Part shown: piece after piece, positions 57,536 through 64,000 of the stretch | Layout of the letters: every line of letters begins with the position of its first letter | Numbering within the stretch: the first letter of the stretch is position 1 | NCBI GenBank assembly: GCA_951406725.2 | Contig: OX597832.1 | Span: 43,214,001-43,278,000 of the forward strand | DNA length: 64,000 bases | DNA from: Octopus vulgaris | Lineage: Eukaryota | Direction of reading: 5' to 3' | The notes under the pieces: generated by a model | What the model was told of the DNA's origin: nothing | The model's database searches: none | What the model saw: the letters and a program-made list of their open reading frames with translations, nothing else | Position numbers and translations under genes: made by a program

Positions 57536-57984
57536 GTGAGTGGTGGAAGATGGAACTTGGAGGCGTATATCTGATGCAAATGACTAACCAGAAAGTACCC
57601 AGTTACTTTCAGTCACGTCTCATCCTGCTGCACCCAAAAGATCATCTGTGTCTCAAGATGGAATTTCGCACAAATATGTATATATATTAATTATAATAAA
57701 TTATAATAAATTGTCCTGAAATGATATAATGCATCAAAAGCTACCAACGACATTCTACGCAATCTTTGAAACCAAATTCCTCAAACGAAATTCTTCCAGT
57801 CTTGGTGGCGAGGGCGGTGGTTGCGTTGGTTGCGGTGTGGTTGTGGGTGGTTGTGGTGGTGGTGGTGGTTGTGGTGGTCGTGGTCGTGGTCGTAGTCATC
57901 ATCATTGTCGTAGTCACCGTGGTGATGATGGTGGTGCTAATGTTTGTGGTAGTGGTAGTGGTTGTGATGAAGGCGATGGCAGCA

Positions 57985-58057
<73 letters not shown>

Positions 58058-58060
58058 TGT

Positions 58061-58113
<53 letters not shown>

Positions 58114-58159
58114 CAGCAGGAGCAGAAGCAGCAGCAGCAGGAGCAGAAGCAGCAGCAGC

Positions 58160-58208
<49 letters not shown>
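57985..58208. repeat. (GTA)n/(GCA)n microsatellite
   Basis: Direct reading. Confidence 0.95.
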
Positions 58209-58209
<1 letters not shown>

Positions 58210-58429
58210 GGAAAGATTAAGCAGCAGATATATAAAAGAGAAAAATGCAGAGAAAAAGAAGGGGAGGGGGAGAACAAAGTGGAGGAAAAGGAGAGAACGA
58301 AGAGGAGGAAAGGAAAGAGAGGACGAGAGGAAGGGCAAGAGGTGGCGGAGGGTGGAGCACAAGGAGGCGGGCGGTGAAGGTCGAAGGAGGAAGGGTGTAC
58401 AAGAGAAAGAGATGGAGCAGGAGGAGCGG

Positions 58430-58810
58430 GGGTTGAAGAGGAGGAGGAGGAGCGGAGGAAGAGGAGTGGAGACGGACAAGTAGAAGCGGAGGATCGGAGG
58501 CGGAAGAGAAGAGGAGGAGGGAGGAGGGGGAGGAGGAGGAGGAGGAGGAGGAGGAGGAGAGGAGGAGGAGGAGGAGGAGGAGGAGGAGGAAGTGGAGTGA
58601 AGACGAAAAAGCAGAAGCGGAGGATCGGAGGCGGAAGAGAAGAGGAGGAGGAGGAGGAGAAGGAGGAGGAGGAAGAGGAGTGAAGACGAAAAAGCAGAAG
58701 CGGAGGATCGGAGGCGGAAGAGAAGAGGAGGAGCGGAGGAGAAGGAGGAGGAGGAGGAGGAGGAGGAGGAGGGGAGGATGGATGGAAGGATGAGGAAGGA
58801 AGAGGAGGAA
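58430..58810. repeat. (GGA)n polypurine tract with three copies of agaagcggaggatcggaggcggaagagaagaggagg
   Basis: Copies at ~58482, ~58613 and ~58696. Confidence 0.9.
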
Positions 58811-59343
58811 TTCTTATATTGGCAGAAGATCAGAATATATGCAGTTCGAATATTGTCATTAAATTGCCCCCCCCCCCTTATCTGTATGGAATAGAAATAC
58901 AGTTTCATGGGAAAACGAAATACATGTCATCATGACAATGGCACCTGCTCTCAAGTATGAAAATCCTTTTGGGAGAGGTATCGTTTCATACACAGATACT
59001 AAGGCATATATCATGCAGCCATGTCCCTTTGGGTTCCTCTTTTTTGCTATCCTTAGAGTTGAGGTTATGTTGACAGCGTCTTCTGTGGTCTTCATATACA
59101 TAGCTATGAGCATATCTTTCAGATGATATTGGAATTAAGTTGTTTTTTTTGTATTTTTTTGTTTTACTATTTTTCTTAGTAAGGGGTTTTCCATATTTGG
59201 TAATCCTTTTTGCCTTAGTATCTGTGTAAGAAAGTGACGCATAAATAACTACGAAAGTCCTGACCACTGGCCATTGACTGGTAGATAAGGATCTTGATCA
59301 ATTAAAATGTAAGTCCACCTCGACAAAACTGGAGTTTACAATA

Positions 59344-59965
59344 CCAGAAATCGCATGGTCAGCTGCTTTAGCCATCTTCTATGGTCTGCAGCTCTAACGA
59401 ATTCAGTGACTGAAAACCGGAAATCCAGAAATCATGTGATCTACCCTTCTGTCAAACCCTCAGAGGTTGTTGATTTTGTAATCTAAGACCCGGAAGTCAT
59501 GTGGCTTATCGCCCTTTCAATCCTAATGAATAAAAACCAGAACCCATGTGGTTAACTGCTTTATGGGTGTTGATAGTAATGAAAGCCACATGGTCTGCTG
59601 TTCTACCGATTCTATTATGTACCGGAAGTCATATAGTCTACTGTTCTATTGATTCTGGTCAGTAAAATAGTTATATAGTACGCCGCTCTATATATTTTTT
59701 CAATTAAAGTACAAGAAATCATGTGGTTAGCCATTGTATTGGCTCTTTTAACTAAAACATCGGAAGTCATGTGGTGTACCGCTAAATTGATTTCAGTATC
59801 TATAATAGCGGAAGTCATGTGGTTTCCCCACTCAACCGATTCTATGAAAATACCGGAAGTCAAGTGTTCTGTCTCCCTATTGATTTCCGTAACTACATTA
59901 CCGGAAGTCATGTGGTCAGTCGTTCTATCGATCCCATCAAATAAAACAGCGGAAGCCACGTGCTC
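59344..59965. repeat. Diverged ~48-bp tandem array with conserved CCGGAAGTCATGTGG core (~13 units)
   Basis: Cores at ~59344, 59425, 59490, 59537, 59579, 59622, 59664, 59712, 59760, 59808, 59853, 59901 and 59949. Confidence 0.85.
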
Positions 59966-60204
59966 TATCAGGCCATCGATTCTACTAATCTGCCGCTGTA
60001 ATAACGATATCGTTTCACCACATCATTGTTTCACGCTTTTGATATATCTTCTAATTAGTCTCTATCTCTTAATCCAATATTTTCAGGTTATGTCTACAAC
60101 TCTCCTTATTCGTATCTCTTCCAACACTCCTTCCTTTTCGTTCTTTTGTTCCCTCTTCTGTCTGCTCCCCTCTGTTCTTCCTATTCTCTTTCAGTCCTAC
60201 ATAA

Positions 60205-60481
60205 TTTCTTCTTCTTCTCCTCCTCCTCCTTCTTCTTCTTTTTCTTCTTCATCTTCTTTTTCTTTTTCTTTTTCTTCTTTTTCTTCTTCTTCTTCTTCTT
60301 TTTCTTCTTCTCCTTCTTCCTCCTCCTCTTCTTCTTCTTCTTTTTCTTATTCTTCTTCTTCTTCTTCTTCTTCTTCTTCTTCTTCTTCTTCTTCTTCTTC
60401 TTCTTCTTCCTTCTTCTTCTTCTTCTTCTTCTTCTTCTTCTTCTTCTTCTTCTTCTTCTTCTTCTTCTTCTTCTTCTTCTT

Positions 60482-60563
<82 letters not shown>
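60205..60563. repeat. (TTC)n followed by (TTA)n microsatellite
   Basis: Direct reading. Confidence 0.96.
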
Positions 60564-60565
<2 letters not shown>

Positions 60566-60733
60566 CACTCTCGGAGTGGTTGGCGTTAGGAAGGGCATCC
60601 AGCTGAAGAAACTCTGCCAAATAAAAATTGGAGCCTGGTGCAGCCATCTGGTTCGCCAGCCCTTAGTCAAACTCGTCCAACCCATGCTAGCATGGAAAGC
60701 AGACGCTAAACGATGATGATGATGATGATGATG
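60566..60733 (+). mobile_element. 3' portion of a retroposon with (GAT)n tail
   Basis: ttggcgttaggaagggcatccagctg...ccaacccatgctagcatggaaagcagacgctaaac(gat)n; simple-repeat tail typical of RTE-mobilised SINEs (inference). Confidence 0.7.
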
Positions 60734-60744
60734 ATCATCATCAT

Positions 60745-60853
60745 CATCCTTTCGAGGCCGATAAATTAAGTACCAGTTGCATAATGAGATCGATCTATTC
60801 GACTGGCCCCCTACCCACAAATATTTCAGGCCTTGTGCCTACAGTAGAAAGGA

Positions 60854-60855
<2 letters not shown>
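60745..60855 (+). mobile_element. SINE family A-variant 3' fragment
   Basis: catcctttcgaggccgataaattaagtaccagtt...atttcaggccttgtgcctacagtagaaagg followed by (TTA)n. Confidence 0.8.
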
Positions 60856-60891
<36 letters not shown>

Positions 60892-60913
60892 GTTATTATT
60901 ATTATTGTTATTA

Positions 60914-60960
<47 letters not shown>

Positions 60961-61767
60961 GTTATTATTGTTATTATTATCATCATCATCATCATCATCA
61001 TCATCAACATCATCATCATCATCATAATTTTATTCATATTAGTGTTGTTAATGTTGTTCTAATCGTTGTCATCAATATCATCATCATCGTCGTCATCATC
61101 ATCGTCATTATCATCGTCGTCGTCATCATCAACATCATCGTCGTCATCATCATCATCGTCGTCGTCGTTGTCGTTGTCGTCATCGTCATCATCGTCATCA
61201 TCATCATCATCGTCGTCGTCGTCGTTATCATCATTATCATCATCATCATAGTCAACATCATCACCATCGTCATCATCATCATCATCATCATCATCACCAT
61301 CACCATCATCGTCATCGCCCTCACCATTATCCTCCTTCATCATCTCCTTCATTCTCATAATTATCATTCTATTCTCCCGCATTCTTCATCTTCTTCACTC
61401 GCTCTTCTTTGTCTTCATCTTTTTTTCTTCTTCTTCAGACCAGCCACTTATATTAATTTAATTAGTAAATGGTAACAACAACAACAACCAGAGTACAGTA
61501 GCAACAATCGTTTTCATCAACATCATCGTCATCATCATCATCATCATCATTTACATTACCAGCATCTTCGACTTTATCTTGATTATGATGGTGGTGGTGG
61601 TGGTGGTGGTGGTGCTCACGACGATGACGACGATGATGATGAGGAGGAGGAGGATAACGACGATAACGACGGCGACGATGATGATGATGATCATGATGAT
61701 GGTGATGATGATGATGATGATGGTGGTGATGATGATGATGATGGTGGTGCTGGTGGTAGTGGTGATA

Positions 61768-61812
<45 letters not shown>

Positions 61813-62180
61813 ATGATGATGATGATGATGATGGTGGTGATGATGGTGGTGGTGGTGATGATGATGATGATGATGGTGGTGCTGGTGGTAGTGGTGATGA
61901 TGATGATGATGATGATTATGATGACGACGACGATGATGATGATGATCATGATGATGGTGGTGATGATGATAATGATGATGATGATGATGATGATGGTGGT
62001 GGTGATGATGACGATGGTGGTGATGATGATGATGATGATGGTGATGTGATGATGATGACGATGGCGATGGTTATGATGATGATAATGATGACGACTCTGA
62101 TGGTGAGGAGGAGAATGTTCTCTGATGGTTGCGACGATGATGATGTCGACGACGATGACGATGATGACGGCGATGACGCT
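60855..62180. repeat. (TTA)n/(CAT)n then (GAT/GGT)n trinucleotide tracts
   Basis: Direct reading; the (CAT)n and (GAT)n blocks are mutually inverted. Confidence 0.92.
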
Positions 62181-62330
62181 AATACTGAACATAAAAGAAA
62201 ATGGTGGCGAGCGAAAGAAGGAATGACGTTCCAGAAGAGGCGAAGGAGACGTTGCATTGTGATGAAGAACGGTTAATGCAACTGGGTTTGTTGTACTGGA
62301 TCACCTGCACTGTAATACATGCACCAGTAG

Positions 62331-62368
<38 letters not shown>

Positions 62369-62571
62369 TTAGCAATGGTGGTGGTGGTGGCGACGGTGGT
62401 GGTGGTGACATATATGTACCCGAGGTGAAGTTTAAGAAATGAATGGGGAAAAAACGCAGACGCGAAGAAAGTGAAGGAAAAAGAGAGAGACAGAGAGAGA
62501 GAGAGAGACAGACAGACAGAGAAATAGAGAATTAAATAATAAAACGAAGAAAGGAAGAAATGAAAGAATGA

Positions 62572-62611
<40 letters not shown>

Positions 62612-62685
62612 ATAAGAAACAAAACACCGGAAAGAAAAACAAGCAAAGAGAGAGTGGGAAAACACACAGACACAGACACACTCAC

Positions 62686-62733
<48 letters not shown>

Positions 62734-62752
62734 ATCTATCCATCCATCCATC

Positions 62753-62783
<31 letters not shown>

Positions 62784-62844
62784 CAGTCTGTCTAACTTTA
62801 ATTAATCTATCCATCTATATATCTGTTTGTTTTCCTATTTATGC

Positions 62845-62880
<36 letters not shown>

Positions 62881-62882
62881 AA

Positions 62883-62960
<78 letters not shown>

Positions 62961-63100
62961 AAATATATATATATAGACGCACACAGACACGCACACATAT
63001 ACACACACAATTATGTATATATCTATCTATCTAATTGTGTGTGTGTGTGTATACATATATACAGACATGCATACATACATGCATGCATAGGAAAACAAAC

Positions 63101-63179
<79 letters not shown>

Positions 63180-63229
63180 GATAGAGAGAGACAGACAGAC
63201 AGATAGATAGATTAGATAGATAGATAGAT

Positions 63230-63289
<60 letters not shown>

Positions 63290-63848
63290 TAGGAAGAAAT
63301 GTATTTTTTGAAATAAATTCCAGTTCACTTTGGATGTCAGTACTGGTTCATTTGAGTACTTGCAGTCAGTTCCGTGAGCTGATTTCTCTAATAAGAACTG
63401 CCAGTTACATTACATAAAGCAGCTTAGACACACACACACACACGTAATCACGCGCGCACACACACACAAATATTTATATGTACGTAGATACATGTATATA
63501 TTTCTCTTTGTGTGTGCACATATTTTGTTATGTATTTCTCTATACGTGCGCACGCGCGCGTGTGTGCGTGTGTGTGTGTGTGTATGTGTTTCCGCGATTA
63601 TATGTGTGAGTGTATGTGTTTCTGCGAATATGTGTGTTTGTGTGTGTGTGTGTTATTGTATGTGCGAGTGTGTGGGTTTGTGTGTATGTGAGTGTGTGTG
63701 TGGTTTGTCTTGGTTCACCTGTACTTGCAATTTTCATGCATTTATAAGCAGACTACACGAAATCCACCCCGCTGCGGGGTGCCAGCTCTATTCAAGGATA
63801 GTCTATACTTTATAAACTATGACACACATACACACGTATATATATACA

Positions 63849-63898
<50 letters not shown>

Positions 63899-63939
63899 TA
63901 TGTATATATATATGTATATATATTTATATATATATATAT

Positions 63940-64000
63940 ACTCTTTACTCTTTTACTCTTTTGTTTCAGTCATTTGACTGCGGCTATGCTGGAGCACCCC
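63940..64000 (-). mobile_element. SINE family B 3' end, cut by the window edge
   Basis: actctttactcttttactcttttgtttcagtcatttgactgcggctatgctggagcacc. Confidence 0.85.

Noticed and set aside
59344-59965. CRISPR-like repeat/spacer appearance
   Set aside because: Eukaryotic context, no cas genes, degenerate repeats, and the linkers are homologous to each other (shared gttcta..gatt), so this is a diverged tandem repeat.

Overview
AT-rich, repeat-dominated eukaryotic DNA, most likely intronic or intergenic octopus (coleoid cephalopod) sequence. The taxon is inferred from the very dense (TA)n, (CA)n, (GATA)n, (CATA)n and trinucleotide microsatellites and from tRNA-derived SINEs resembling known octopus families. 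I find no credible intact protein-coding gene: almost all listed ORFs are translations of microsatellites or SINEs. Recognisable content: several SINE families in many copies (one with a CORE-like segment, one often a head-to-tail multimer), two non-autonomous Helitron-like elements, and about ten type I hammerhead-ribozyme (HHR) motifs, intact to decayed, in Penelope-like pLTR fragments that mostly abut (TA)n tracts. Main leads: (1) a 365-bp tandem-unit, hairpin-rich retrozyme-like element at 10928-11515 with a well-formed minus-strand hammerhead; (2) a canonical hammerhead at 56671-56721; (3) an old ~48-bp-period array at 59344-59965 that preserves a CCGGAAGT-CATGTG (ETS + E-box) core and also reads as a 16-aa repeat ORF; (4) a poly(A)-tailed, TSD-flanked SINE carrying ~58 nt of extra 5' sequence. 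All calls are by eye; family names need database confirmation and many boundaries are approximate.
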